Below are positions 7,870-16,861 of a stretch of 32,000 bases of DNA, one piece after another; the first letter of the stretch is position 1, and every line of letters begins with the position of its first letter. The position numbers and the translations under genes were made by a program. Source of the DNA: Verrucomicrobiota bacterium. Its GTDB lineage: Bacteria; Verrucomicrobiota; Verrucomicrobiia; Chthoniobacterales; UBA6821. Below the pieces are notes generated by a model. The model worked only from the letters and a program-made list of their open reading frames with translations, searched no databases and was not told the origin of the DNA. The stretch covers positions 344 through 32,343 of the forward strand of contig WBXG01000013.1 in assembly GCA_008932965.1 (NCBI GenBank), written 5' to 3'.

Positions 7870-8529
7870 TTATTGAGGTATTGAAAGTAACTTCTTTTGC
7901 TTCTGAGCTATCATTCTCTTTCTTACTCGGTTCCAAATTGGAAATTTTTCAAAGCGACTATTTCGATGAACTTCTGCGTAAATGAAAAAAACTCCATTAT
8001 GCTCATAAGATTCAATCTCTCCTAAAATACGATTATAAAAAGTAATGAGGTTTTCCATTTTTAGATTATTTTTATTTTCTTTGATATTGAAATTCTTATC
8101 AATATTCCCTCCCACATAGTTGATGCCTTCGCACTCGTAACGAGTAAAAGCAAAAAACTCTGTTATTCCAAATAGAGGTGATAGCATTTTTGGCCCCTCC
8201 TCCCTTTTCATAAAACAGACGGCTAAATCATGAGGAGTTGGCTGACGAAAAACAATACGAAGTCCACTCATGGAGACTTGAGAAGCCAACCAGTCTGAGT
8301 CTGTATATTGAGGGTATAACGGATAATCCACTACAGTATAGCCATAGGCAACTAAAGCACGGGCCATAGGACTTTCGCCTGGATTTGAACGAAAGGCTTG
8401 TTCTTGAAAACGCTCATTTAATTCTTTTCCAATGGGACTTTTAGGTACCAGATTTTTTGCTGAAGAATAAATCTGAGGCTTCCGATTGGCACTGGCAGCA
8501 GTAGTGGAATTGTTAATATCAAGTTTCAT
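7870..8529 (-). CDS. Hypothetical protein embedded in the T3SS locus (candidate secreted substrate or accessory factor)
   Basis: A 219-aa ORF lies 52 nt downstream of sctU on the same strand. The first 50 aa are Ser/Thr/Asn/Lys-rich with no TM helix or Sec signal. I did not recognise the globular C-terminal part. Confidence 0.6.
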   Translation of the reverse strand: MKLDINNSTTAASANRKPQIYSSAKNLVPKSPIGKELNERFQEQAFRSNPGESPMARALVAYGYTVVDYPLYPQYTDSDWLASQVSMSGLRIVFRQPTPHDLAVCFMKREEGPKMLSPLFGITEFFAFTRYECEGINYVGGNIDKNFNIKENKNNLKMENLITFYNRILGEIESYEHNGVFFIYAEVHRNSRFEKFPIWNRVRKRMIAQKQKKLLSIPQ

Positions 8530-8581
8530 AATTTTTAAAAATAAATGAACCCGCCTACAGGGTGAAGGAGGTGTGAAAAGT

Positions 8582-9646
8582 TCACTCTGCTACGCGTGGC
8601 GGCAGAGTTCTGACCCAACGTAAGATTTCAGTCACTGGCTCAAGAAGACTTTTGGGAATGATATCATTGACCTCAAGTTCATTGTAGAGAGCTCGTGCTA
8701 AGGGAACATTCTCAACAATGGGAATATTCTCTTCGCGCGCTACAGAAATCATCCTTAATGCAATAAAGCCACTTCCCTTTGCCCTTAAAACTGGCAGCGG
8801 GGTTTTGCCTCTTTCATAATAAATTGCAGCTGCATAGTGAGTCGGGTTGGTTACAAGCACTGTAGATTTACGGGTTGCTGTGGAGGTATCTTCAAAGATC
8901 ATTTCGCGTTGCAGACGACGCCGATTCCCTTTGATTTGTGGATCTCCTTCCATATCGTGCATTTCACGTTTTGTCTCATCCTTAGTCATTCTGAGCTCTT
9001 TTAAGAGCAGTTTTTTTTGAATAATAAAATCAAAAAGAGCAATAACGACATAAATGGCCATGAAAGAGCCAATGAAATTTAACAACATAGGTTGAACAAC
9101 ATCTAAAGAATTCATCAGGGTTGCAAAAGGTAATGTTGCCAAAGGCCCTATTGATTTTGAAATAATAAAACAGAGAAGAATACCAAAAATGCTGAGCTTG
9201 ATCGTTGACTTTACTAGCTCAAAGAGTGTTTTCATTGAAAAGATTTTTTTAAATCCACTCATAGGACTTATCTTATTTATGTCAGGTTTGAGGGGGTCCA
9301 ATGAAAATAGAAAACCAAATTGGCCTACATTAGCAATAATCACTGCGATTGCAGCAACAATGCAGACTGGATACATGGAGGAGATGAGTTGAGGGATAGA
9401 CAATTCTAACATATTCAACATTGAATTATTGTTAGGACTAGAAATTGCTAAAAAAACAGCATCAAAGAATTTGATGAGTGATTTATAAATATCCCCAAGA
9501 GTTAAATAAATTGTTTCTAATACAAAAAAAGTACTAACAGTAGTGACAACATCTGTGCTTTTAGCAACTTGTCCCTTTTCTCTAGCGTCGCTGAGACGCT
9601 TCGACGTGGGCTCCTCTGACTTTTCTCCACTTGGTTGATCAGCCAT
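8582..9646 (-). CDS. sctU: T3SS export apparatus switch protein SctU (YscU/CdsU)
   Basis: The protein is 354 aa. The N-terminus GEKSEEPTSKRLSDAREKGQVAKS is typical, and four TM segments follow. The NPTH autocleavage motif is present (VLVTNPTHYAAAIYY). Confidence 0.96.
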   Translation of the reverse strand: MADQPSGEKSEEPTSKRLSDAREKGQVAKSTDVVTTVSTFFVLETIYLTLGDIYKSLIKFFDAVFLAISSPNNNSMLNMLELSIPQLISSMYPVCIVAAIAVIIANVGQFGFLFSLDPLKPDINKISPMSGFKKIFSMKTLFELVKSTIKLSIFGILLCFIISKSIGPLATLPFATLMNSLDVVQPMLLNFIGSFMAIYVVIALFDFIIQKKLLLKELRMTKDETKREMHDMEGDPQIKGNRRRLQREMIFEDTSTATRKSTVLVTNPTHYAAAIYYERGKTPLPVLRAKGSGFIALRMISVAREENIPIVENVPLARALYNELEVNDIIPKSLLEPVTEILRWVRTLPPRVAE

Positions 9647-10421
9647 GGAAAAGCCCCTTTAAAAAAAGTGCGACTCCGGTAGTCGTGAATAGTTCATGCT
9701 GAAATCCCTCGATAAGGTAACGCATATAAAATGGTAAAAAAATAAAACAAAGTCCGCTTTTGATAGGAAGGGAGATAAAAAAAACATTTAGCTGCGAAAC
9801 AAAACGATTCGCTAAGCCGAGCCCAAAATCCATAAAGAAAAAAATAATTAATAAAGGGGCCGAGTAAAGAATTCCAAGTTCAAAAACTTTTGTAAAAAAA
9901 GGAAATACTAATTTTTGCCAGCCAATGGAAAATGGAGGAAAGAGCTTATCAACCGGATAGGCCTGATAGCTTGCAAACATAATCTCTAACAAGGAGAGAA
10001 AACTTCCTGTAGAAAAAAAGAAATAACTGACAATACGCAAAAAGAGTCCACCAATGGGGGATTCTTGAGCTCTTAACATTGGATTATAGATTCCCCCGGC
10101 AGTGGTGCCACGCTGAAGATCGATGAGCTCACCTGCAATTTCAATTCCCCAAAAAATAACGGAAACAAAAAAAGAGATGATAATGCCTAAAAAAATTTCT
10201 TTAACTATAAGGATTGCTATTAAGAACAAATCTAATTTTTCAAGCGAAATCATAGGAGATGTCATGGGAACAACAATCCCTACTGTAATGATTAAAAAAA
10301 CCTGTCTAGGCAGACCACTTGCAGAAAAAAAAGGAACAATGGTCAATACAGTCCCAAAGCGAACTGATCCAAGAGCTAACAACATGGGAGCTTGGATCAT
10401 TAACTGAGTAATATCACTCAT
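9639..10421 (-). CDS. sctT: T3SS export apparatus protein SctT (YscT)
   Basis: A 260-aa polytopic membrane protein between sctS and sctU. It overlaps sctU by 8 nt. The FliR/SctT-like hydrophobic pattern is present. Confidence 0.9.
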   Translation of the reverse strand: MSDITQLMIQAPMLLALGSVRFGTVLTIVPFFSASGLPRQVFLIITVGIVVPMTSPMISLEKLDLFLIAILIVKEIFLGIIISFFVSVIFWGIEIAGELIDLQRGTTAGGIYNPMLRAQESPIGGLFLRIVSYFFFSTGSFLSLLEIMFASYQAYPVDKLFPPFSIGWQKLVFPFFTKVFELGILYSAPLLIIFFFMDFGLGLANRFVSQLNVFFISLPIKSGLCFIFLPFYMRYLIEGFQHELFTTTGVALFLKGLFHG

Positions 10422-10464
10422 ATCAAGACCATTTTATGCAAGAATAGAATCCCATAACGTTTAG

Positions 10465-10737
10465 TTAATAATTCAACATGGATGGAAAATCCCGAAAAGA
10501 AATTATTGCAAAGTTCAAAAGATCTCCAAAAACATAATTCATTGCGTAAACAATTACTAAAAAAGTGGCTATAATTTTTATTGCAAAGGGAAGCGTCTGA
10601 TCTTGAATTTGAGTGAGCGCTTGAAATAAAGCCACCAATAAACCTACTGCAGTAGCCATAATAATAGGAGGAAGTGATGATGTTAGAACGAGTAACATCG
10701 CCTGAGAAACAAGATTTACAGAGACATCTTGATTCAT
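10465..10737 (-). CDS. sctS: T3SS export apparatus protein SctS (YscS)
   Basis: The product is 90 aa from the internal Met (MNQDVSVNLVSQAMLLVLTSSLPPIIMATAVGLLVALFQALTQIQDQTLPF...), a FliQ/SctS-like two-helix hairpin. The longer 114-aa ORF form would overlap the sctR 3' end by 64 nt. Confidence 0.88.
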   Translation of the reverse strand: MNQDVSVNLVSQAMLLVLTSSLPPIIMATAVGLLVALFQALTQIQDQTLPFAIKIIATFLVIVYAMNYVFGDLLNFAIISFRDFPSMLNY

Positions 10738-10745
10738 AACATTCT

Positions 10746-11405
10746 TTAGGAAATTCGGTACGTCATAATTAATCCATCCATGAGACGTGTCCAGCCGTCG
10801 ACAAAACAAAAAAGAAGCAACTTGAAAGGGAGTGAAATCGTTGTTGGTGACAGCATCATCATTCCCAGTGCCATAAGAATATTCGAAATCACGAGATCGA
10901 TAATAATAAATGGAAGATAAAGAATAAATCCTATCTGAAAAGCTGCGGTTAGTTCAGAAACAAGAAAAGAAGGAACTAAAATAATAAAATCTTTTTGTGA
11001 AACGGTACTTCCATATTTAGGGGGCCAGAGGCGTTTTGCGGTAACGACAAAGAACTTCTGAACACTCATTTTACTGTTATTACTTAAAAAAGTCTCTATT
11101 GGCTCCTTAATAGAATTCACCATCGGCCCGATACTCGCTAGGGTCACATTAGAAATGTTTAATTTTTCGCTCAAATAATAGGTGTCAGAAAGAACAGGAA
11201 ACATAACGTAAATCGACAAAATAATCGCCATTCCATTAAGAACCATATTGGGTGGGCTAGATTGAAGGCCCAATGCTGTTCTCACTAAACTAAAAACAAC
11301 AATTACTTTTGCAAACGAAGTAACCATCACAGCAAGAAATGGAATCATTGCAATTGCAACCAAAACCAAAATCATCTCCAGAGGATTTCCAATATTAAAA
11401 TTCAT
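10746..11405 (-). CDS. sctR: T3SS export apparatus protein SctR (YscR)
   Basis: The protein is 219 aa with FliP/SctR-like sequence (FAKVIVVFSLVRTALGLQSSPPNMVLNGMAIILSIYVMFPV). It overlaps sctQ by 4 nt. Confidence 0.95.
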   Translation of the reverse strand: MNFNIGNPLEMILVLVAIAMIPFLAVMVTSFAKVIVVFSLVRTALGLQSSPPNMVLNGMAIILSIYVMFPVLSDTYYLSEKLNISNVTLASIGPMVNSIKEPIETFLSNNSKMSVQKFFVVTAKRLWPPKYGSTVSQKDFIILVPSFLVSELTAAFQIGFILYLPFIIIDLVISNILMALGMMMLSPTTISLPFKLLLFCFVDGWTRLMDGLIMTYRIS

Positions 11406-12466
11406 TTTATGAGGTTAAGTTGAGTAATAAAAACCGCATGCTGTCCATGGAGTTCTACTAATTCTCCAGCACCAATACATGCTCCATGAGCATAAATTTT
11501 CAATGGATTACTAACTGTCGTGGTATCTGGTATTTTTAATAATTTAGCACCATGGGTGATCTCATCCTTTGTTAAAAAAAGTCTACCGGCACTGAATGAG
11601 AGCTCTCTATTGACACGTTTTTCTAGCGAAGCAAGCTCGTCTTCTTGAACATTTTCTTTTTTTTCTAATTCTGGGGTCTCTTTTGGTATCAATGGAGAAA
11701 TAACTATTTTTTCTAGGGGACGAATTAGGGAATTGAGTTTTTTTTCACCAAGTGAAATCGGCAGGCGTTGATTATTACCAAAATGAAAAAAAACTTCCCC
11801 TGTTACCAATGCGGATGGTTCTTCAAAAAAAACAAGGTCCCCTAATGTAAGTTTATTAAATTGAAGCGGGGATACTTGTGTCGTACCAATAACAATTTCT
11901 CCCTGAAAAGGAAATTGATTAAGATCGGAACGTATTGCACGTGGGAGTGTTGCAGCCATTGCAAGAAGCTTTTCAAGCAACACGCTGGGAAGTTTTATTG
12001 CACCATAGATTTCAACTAGGGAATCCTTATTTAGAACTTCAAAGCAGAGGTTTTGTTCTCCTTCTACGGCATCATCGCCGTCCTCTTTCTCTTCGGCTTT
12101 TCTTAATGAAACCGGTAACTGAAAAAAACTCTCTACGAGTTGAAGTATTTTTTGACTGCAAAAAGCTATTACTGCATCCAGGAAATCCTTGGGAATAGAC
12201 TCCTTGCCACCAAATTGTGAAAGGCTTTTAGTAATGTTACTTTCTATTGTCGGTTTTAGTGCTATGTCGATGTGGTGATGATCTATCTCCAAGGGGAGGT
12301 GAAAGTCAAATGATTCATTACAATTCACTGCAGGAAAAACAAATCGGAGTCGTTGAGAAAAATCTTTTTTAGAAAGTGGAAAAAATCTTTTAGAAAAAAT
12401 TAATTCTTCATAAACCGCCACATCACTTTGAGAAAATTCAAGAGGCCTATAGGGTATCTTTATCAT
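11402..12466 (-). CDS. sctQ: T3SS sorting-platform/C-ring protein SctQ (YscQ)
   Basis: The protein is 354 aa and sits between sctP and sctR. The C-terminal SpoA-like domain is ELSFSAGRLFLTKDEI...IYAHGACIGAGELVELHGQHAVFITQL. A second SpoA-like segment lies around aa 185-240. Confidence 0.85.
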   Translation of the reverse strand: MIKIPYRPLEFSQSDVAVYEELIFSKRFFPLSKKDFSQRLRFVFPAVNCNESFDFHLPLEIDHHHIDIALKPTIESNITKSLSQFGGKESIPKDFLDAVIAFCSQKILQLVESFFQLPVSLRKAEEKEDGDDAVEGEQNLCFEVLNKDSLVEIYGAIKLPSVLLEKLLAMAATLPRAIRSDLNQFPFQGEIVIGTTQVSPLQFNKLTLGDLVFFEEPSALVTGEVFFHFGNNQRLPISLGEKKLNSLIRPLEKIVISPLIPKETPELEKKENVQEDELASLEKRVNRELSFSAGRLFLTKDEITHGAKLLKIPDTTTVSNPLKIYAHGACIGAGELVELHGQHAVFITQLNLIK

Positions 12467-13850
12467 CGTTTAAGTGCCCTCTATTTTCTTGATTCAAGCT
12501 TGCAAAATCATTTTCAGCCTCTCTTTGATTACTAAATTCTGAAGATGATGATGAAGGTAGAAATTGAGTTTTTACCTCAACTGTTTGCCCAGAACAAAGA
12601 GTAGCAAGATGATTCTGAAGTGTAGCAATATTGGCATTGAGCAAATCATTACTTGCAAGACTTCTGGTAGAGAAAAAAACCTCCATTTGTTCTGTATTTG
12701 CATTAATATGAACAGTGGTTGCATCAAGAACGTCACTACGAAACTGGAATGAAATATCTTGGCCATTAGAACTATTAAGGCGTGCTCGATCTACGGTAGA
12801 TGTGAGTTCACTTAAGAAGGTGGATACATTACCAGTACGTATAGCACTTGCCAAAGAAGCAGGAATCTTTCCTCCAAGTGCATCTGACGAGCCTATGGAT
12901 CCTTCATTTTTAAAATTAGAAATAGACTGATTTGCCAAAGAGGAAGTAGAAAATCCTGGGACCTCATCTAGGGAACTCAATTTATTCTCATTGAATTCTT
13001 TCATAGTTGTTGCACTCTCACCATCAGAAGCAGCATTCGTATCGAGGCCTTGCGAAAGACTGGGAACACTGGGAAGACTACTCACAACCTCATCAATAAG
13101 AGCATTGGTATCGGGGCCTTGCGAAAGACTGGGAAGACTACTCACAACCTCATCAATAAGAGCATTGGTATCGGGGCCTTGCGAAAGACTGGGAAGACTA
13201 CTCACAACCTCATCAATAAGAGCATTGGTATCGGGGCCTTGCGGAAGACTGCTTGTGCCATCGTCTTTAAAGGAAGCCGAGCTTAGAGAGGCCATTGCTG
13301 CTGATAAAAGAGTTGAAAGGTCTTCTTTATTTTCATCGAGTATTGAAACAGTTACAGTATTTATTCCCATGCCGGCTCCTTGAAGAGAAAAAGCCCGTTC
13401 TTTTTGAGGATGATCATCATCTCCATCATCACTTTTTACTTTGAGAAAATCGCTTTTTTCATCAACATCCTCGACATCATTTTGATGAGAAGAGGAGGAA
13501 GCTGCCAACTTTTTCTGATGAACAGCAGATGATGATTTTAATTGGGAAGTGTTAAAATTGCTCTGATCTTTTTTCTCTGTGTTATCTTCTGCAATAGCCT
13601 TATTGTTATAACTTCTATTGCTTGAAGACTCCAAGGAGTTCTGAAGATTATAGAGACTGTACGATTCCTCCACAGGCTTGGAAGAATGAATCGTAGCAGA
13701 GGAAACCTCTGATTTGGACTGGGTCTGATAAGCTTTTGTTGCTCGTATAGTACTCATGGTTTTAGAACTACTATCGCATTCCGTTAGTAGTAAGAGACAC
13801 CACATTAAAAAGGTGCGAAATGAGAATGACAACACTCTTATTAACGTCAA
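12447..13850 (-). CDS. sctP: T3SS needle-length ruler / substrate-specificity switch protein SctP (YscP/FliK-like) with internal tandem repeats
   Basis: The gene sits between sctO and sctQ. The protein is Ser/Asn-rich and looks disordered, with 3.5 copies of a 20-aa repeat. The C-terminal segment (VHINANTEQMEVFFSTRSLASNDLLNANIATLQNHLATL...VEVK) fits a T3S4/FliK C-terminal-like domain. The start is more likely Met32 at 13757, because the first 31 codons look non-native. Confidence 0.7.
   Translation of the reverse strand: MTLIRVLSFSFRTFLMWCLLLLTECDSSSKTMSTIRATKAYQTQSKSEVSSATIHSSKPVEESYSLYNLQNSLESSSNRSYNNKAIAEDNTEKKDQSNFNTSQLKSSSAVHQKKLAASSSSHQNDVEDVDEKSDFLKVKSDDGDDDHPQKERAFSLQGAGMGINTVTVSILDENKEDLSTLLSAAMASLSSASFKDDGTSSLPQGPDTNALIDEVVSSLPSLSQGPDTNALIDEVVSSLPSLSQGPDTNALIDEVVSSLPSVPSLSQGLDTNAASDGESATTMKEFNENKLSSLDEVPGFSTSSLANQSISNFKNEGSIGSSDALGGKIPASLASAIRTGNVSTFLSELTSTVDRARLNSSNGQDISFQFRSDVLDATTVHINANTEQMEVFFSTRSLASNDLLNANIATLQNHLATLCSGQTVEVKTQFLPSSSSSEFSNQREAENDFASLNQENRGHLNDDKDTL
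13033..13250. repeat. Perfect 60-bp in-frame tandem repeat inside sctP (about 3.5 units)
   Basis: Positions 13081-13140 and 13141-13200 are identical. Positions 13201-13250 are identical except for 1 nt. The unit at 13033-13080 carries a 9-nt internal duplication. The encoded repeat is SSLPSLSQGPDTNALIDEVV. Confidence 0.95.
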
Positions 13851-13897
13851 TGAGAAAATGGGAACCGATCTATAATTATTGACGCATTATTTTCATT

Positions 13898-14081
13898 TTA
13901 ACCCGGATGTTTCATACTGATCGTGACGAGGAGGCCGCGAAGGCTGATGGGGTAAGGCAGGCGAGCATTTTGATGCAGGTCTGTATGTGTCCCTACTGCC
14001 CAAATCAAAATGGGAGTCTAACGCAGCATCCATCTGACTTCCCGGCTTCCGTAGTAGATCAGTATGAAATATCCGGGTTAA
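13898..14081. mobile_element. MITE-like palindromic element, canonical full copy, between sctO and sctP
   Basis: The left end is TTAACCCGGATGTTTCATACTGATC and the right end is GATCAGTATGAAATATCCGGGTTAA. The two 90-bp arms are imperfect reverse complements of each other. The element is 184 bp. Confidence 0.9.
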
Positions 14082-14135
14082 GGTCATGATTTTTCATGAA
14101 AGAAATGATCAGCATTTTTTCTTTGCCCCCTATTT

Positions 14136-14633
14136 TTATTCACCTTTGTTTACCCCGCCCATTGCAAACATGGTAGCAGCTATTTCCTCTAGATCAGATT
14201 CCTCTTCATATTCATCACGTAACATTTCCTCTTTCATCCAAAAATCACGATGTTGATCTATTTTCCAAACTGCTTTGTATGCCTCCTCTTGGGCTTGGAG
14301 ACAGGCAGCTGTCTCTTCTTTTGCAGTTTCTAATTTTTTATGAGCTTCCTCAACTTGGACAACATAAGTCGATTGCTGAGATCGATTCCAACTGATTTGG
14401 TGAGTAATATCGGTAACTTTTTTAATAGGGTTAATCGTACCAAGAACTGCTTTAAAAAGACGATCTGCCTCATTGTTCATCCATGTTAAATAATCCTCAA
14501 GACTCTTCTGGGCTCGTTGCACCTCTTCTTCTAAACGTGCTTGATAGGAACGAGCCGAAGCAAGCTTGCGCTGCGCCTCATCCTCTTTACGCATTCGTAA
14601 TAATCGAATAGACTCAAGCGGATAAGCCTTCAT
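14136..14633 (-). CDS. sctO: T3SS stalk protein SctO (YscO/FliJ-like)
   Basis: A 165-aa, highly charged coiled-coil protein. It overlaps the sctN stop by 4 nt (ATGA). The position matches yscO. Confidence 0.75.
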   Translation of the reverse strand: MKAYPLESIRLLRMRKEDEAQRKLASARSYQARLEEEVQRAQKSLEDYLTWMNNEADRLFKAVLGTINPIKKVTDITHQISWNRSQQSTYVVQVEEAHKKLETAKEETAACLQAQEEAYKAVWKIDQHRDFWMKEEMLRDEYEEESDLEEIAATMFAMGGVNKGE

Positions 14634-16030
14634 CGAACAATAGTATCTAATTTTTTAATAGTTTCTTCAAAAGTAGAGCGATCTCCCAGGCCTTGCCGCA
14701 AAAATGCATCCATGACTTCTTTTTTGGCAATAGCCTCGTCGGTGATAGGATCATTTCCCGCTTTGTATTCTCCAATTTTAAGCAGCAGCTCTGCCTCTTG
14801 ATATTTGGAAAGAAGCTCACGGAATTTGCCAGCAGCACTTAAATGCTTGGGTTGAGAAACCTGCGTCATCACACGACTAATGGATGCCAAAACATCAATA
14901 GCAGGATAATGATTAGCTGCTGCAAGTTTGCGGGAGAGAATAATATGACCATCTAGGATCGATCTCACCTCGTCTGCCACTGGCTCATTCATATCATCTC
15001 CCTCCACAAGGACCGTATAAAGGGCTGTAATAGAACCTACGATACCGGGACCAGCACGTTCTAAAAGTTGAGGTAAAATAGAAAAAACAGAGGGAGGATA
15101 ACCACGACGTGCTGGAGGTTCACCTGTAGCCAAGCCAATAACACGCTGAGCTCGAGCAAAACGGGTTACTGAATCCATCATCAAGAGAACCTTTTTTCCT
15201 TGGTCCCTAAAATATTCTGCTATCGCCGTTCCGACGTAAGCAGATTTGAGGCGCTCTAGCGCAGGCCGATCGGAAGTGGAAACAACCATCACGGTTTTTT
15301 TTCTATTTTCGGGAGTTAACGTCATCTCTAATGTTTCTCGTACTTCTCGACCCCGCTCACCGATAAGCACCATGACCACTACTTCTGCTTCAGTATTACT
15401 AATAATCTGAGATAAAAGTGTGGATTTACCACCTCCAGCAGCAGCAAAAATGCCAACCCGTTGTCCTTGACCACAGGTTAACAATCCATCAATACTCCGA
15501 ATTCCAAGTGATAATGGTTCTTTAATGAGTGAACGTTGGAGAGGATCAGGAGGATCAGCAGTAACGTTATAATAGGTTTCAGGAATAAATACTTCTTTAG
15601 AATTATCCATGATTCTTCCGAGACCGTCTACAACACGTCCCATTAAACCAGGACCAACACCTACCTGAAGAACTTTACCAGAGGCAATCACTTCTGTGGT
15701 CAAGGAGAGGCCAGTGAAGTCACCCAAAGGCATAATCAAAGCACTATCACCTCTAAAGCCGAGCACCTCTGCATCGAGCGGTTCCTTGATTCCAGGTCTT
15801 CTTAGTTCACACAATTCACCTATTTTACTATCTGGTAAAATAGCTTTCACCAGCATTCCAACAACTTCTGTAATTTGACCTCGTAGGGGTTTAGGCTCGG
15901 TAACCAGGGCTATAGATTGGAGCTTCGTTAAGAAATCTTCTCCCATTGCATGATAACAGGGAACCACCACCGAGGAAGTTTCCTCCGAAGTGTGAGCATT
16001 TGCTGAGGTAGTCGATGTTTGTTCCATCAT
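14630..16030 (-). CDS. sctN: T3SS ATPase SctN (YscN/CdsN)
   Basis: The protein is 466 aa. Walker A is [14 protein letters not shown] and Walker B is [15 protein letters not shown]. The sequence is F1-beta/FliI-like throughout. Confidence 0.97.
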   Translation of the reverse strand: MMEQTSTTSANAHTSEETSSVVVPCYHAMGEDFLTKLQSIALVTEPKPLRGQITEVVGMLVKAILPDSKIGELCELRRPGIKEPLDAEVLGFRGDSALIMPLGDFTGLSLTTEVIASGKVLQVGVGPGLMGRVVDGLGRIMDNSKEVFIPETYYNVTADPPDPLQRSLIKEPLSLGIRSIDGLLTCGQGQRVGIFAAAGGGKSTLLSQIISNTEAEVVVMVLIGERGREVRETLEMTLTPENRKKTVMVVSTSDRPALERLKSAYVGTAIAEYFRDQGKKVLLMMDSVTRFARAQRVIGLATGEPPARRGYPPSVFSILPQLLERAGPGIVGSITALYTVLVEGDDMNEPVADEVRSILDGHIILSRKLAAANHYPAIDVLASISRVMTQVSQPKHLSAAGKFRELLSKYQEAELLLKIGEYKAGNDPITDEAIAKKEVMDAFLRQGLGDRSTFEETIKKLDTIVR

Positions 16031-16083
16031 GAGTGGTTTTTATAAGAGCTCATTGTGACAATCACTCCTTTTTTCAAAAATAT

Positions 16084-16746
16084 TTATACTGATTCTGCTG
16101 AGGCTTTCAAAAGGGATGACTCAAGAATGGCCAGCTGACTTTCAAGAGAAGCATCTACTAAACCTAAAGGAGATTCTAATACGCACGAATTAGGAGCTAA
16201 TTCTTCACGTGCCCTCACTTCTATTTTAGAGCCTTCAGGCATCAGCTGTTGCAACTTTGGCATGACTGCATCAACGGCCTCTCGATCTTGAGGATGAATT
16301 TGAAGCACGATCCGTGGCTGCTGTTTTACTTCATCAAGTGCCTTACCAATCAATTGATAAAATCGATCCTCAGGAGGTAGATCAAGGATGAAGTGCCGCA
16401 TACAACTAATAACAACACCCACCAATTGATTTCGTGATCGCTCGAAATAATCTAGTGAAGCTAAGACTGTTTTAATATTATGTGCTGCTGCTGCTGCTCT
16501 CCCTTCACTCAGGCCCGTCTCGTAGCCTAATTTTTTTTGGTTTTCAAATTCCTTCTTTGCATTTTCCTCCATCACCACAACACGAGCTCTTCCTTTCTCC
16601 ACTAGGTCACTAGCTTGCAAACAAATGGCTAATTCTTGTTGAGTCAGCACTGGACCTCGTAGAAGGTAACTTGGTAAATCTTTATCCCATTGTAGTAATG
16701 AGGAAGCGATTGGAGAGGGTGCAGTCTCTATATTCATGAATTTCAA
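16084..16746 (-). CDS. sctL: T3SS stator / ATPase regulator SctL (YscL/FliH family)
   Basis: A 220-aa protein directly upstream of sctN. It has a FliH/SctL-like C-terminal pattern (IVLQIHPQDREAV...CVLESPLGLVDASLESQLAILESSL). Confidence 0.8.
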   Translation of the reverse strand: MKFMNIETAPSPIASSLLQWDKDLPSYLLRGPVLTQQELAICLQASDLVEKGRARVVVMEENAKKEFENQKKLGYETGLSEGRAAAAAHNIKTVLASLDYFERSRNQLVGVVISCMRHFILDLPPEDRFYQLIGKALDEVKQQPRIVLQIHPQDREAVDAVMPKLQQLMPEGSKIEVRAREELAPNSCVLESPLGLVDASLESQLAILESSLLKASAESV

Positions 16747-16861
16747 TGATGATGAGTCTATTCAACCTTGTGTGTTGTTGAATACTTAAAGTGGAAGAGG
16801 AATCGACTGGCACATGAAAAAGTGATTTCATGGTGCAGCATCCATAGATACTCGAGTGAAT

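Noticed and set aside
10738-10809. Long (114-aa) form of the sctS ORF
   Set aside because: The extra 24 codons overlap the 3' end of sctR and add a non-hydrophobic N-terminus atypical for SctS. The internal Met at 10737 gives the canonical ~90-aa protein starting 8 nt after the sctR stop.
13033-13250. Possible CRISPR array or other non-coding repeat array
   Set aside because: The repeats are directly abutting with no spacers. The period is a multiple of three, and they lie in frame inside a long ORF.
12991-13383. Plus-strand ORFs 12991-13383 and 13050-13286 with striking peptide repeats
   Set aside because: They are antisense shadows of the 60-bp tandem repeat inside sctP. The minus-strand frame is continuous with a 467-aa protein in correct synteny.
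13893-14089. Overlapping 64-aa (-) and 60-aa (+) ORFs between sctO and sctP
   Set aside because: Both are contained in the palindromic element 13898-14081. Two mirror-image ORFs on opposite strands are what an open palindrome produces. No independent coding evidence exists.
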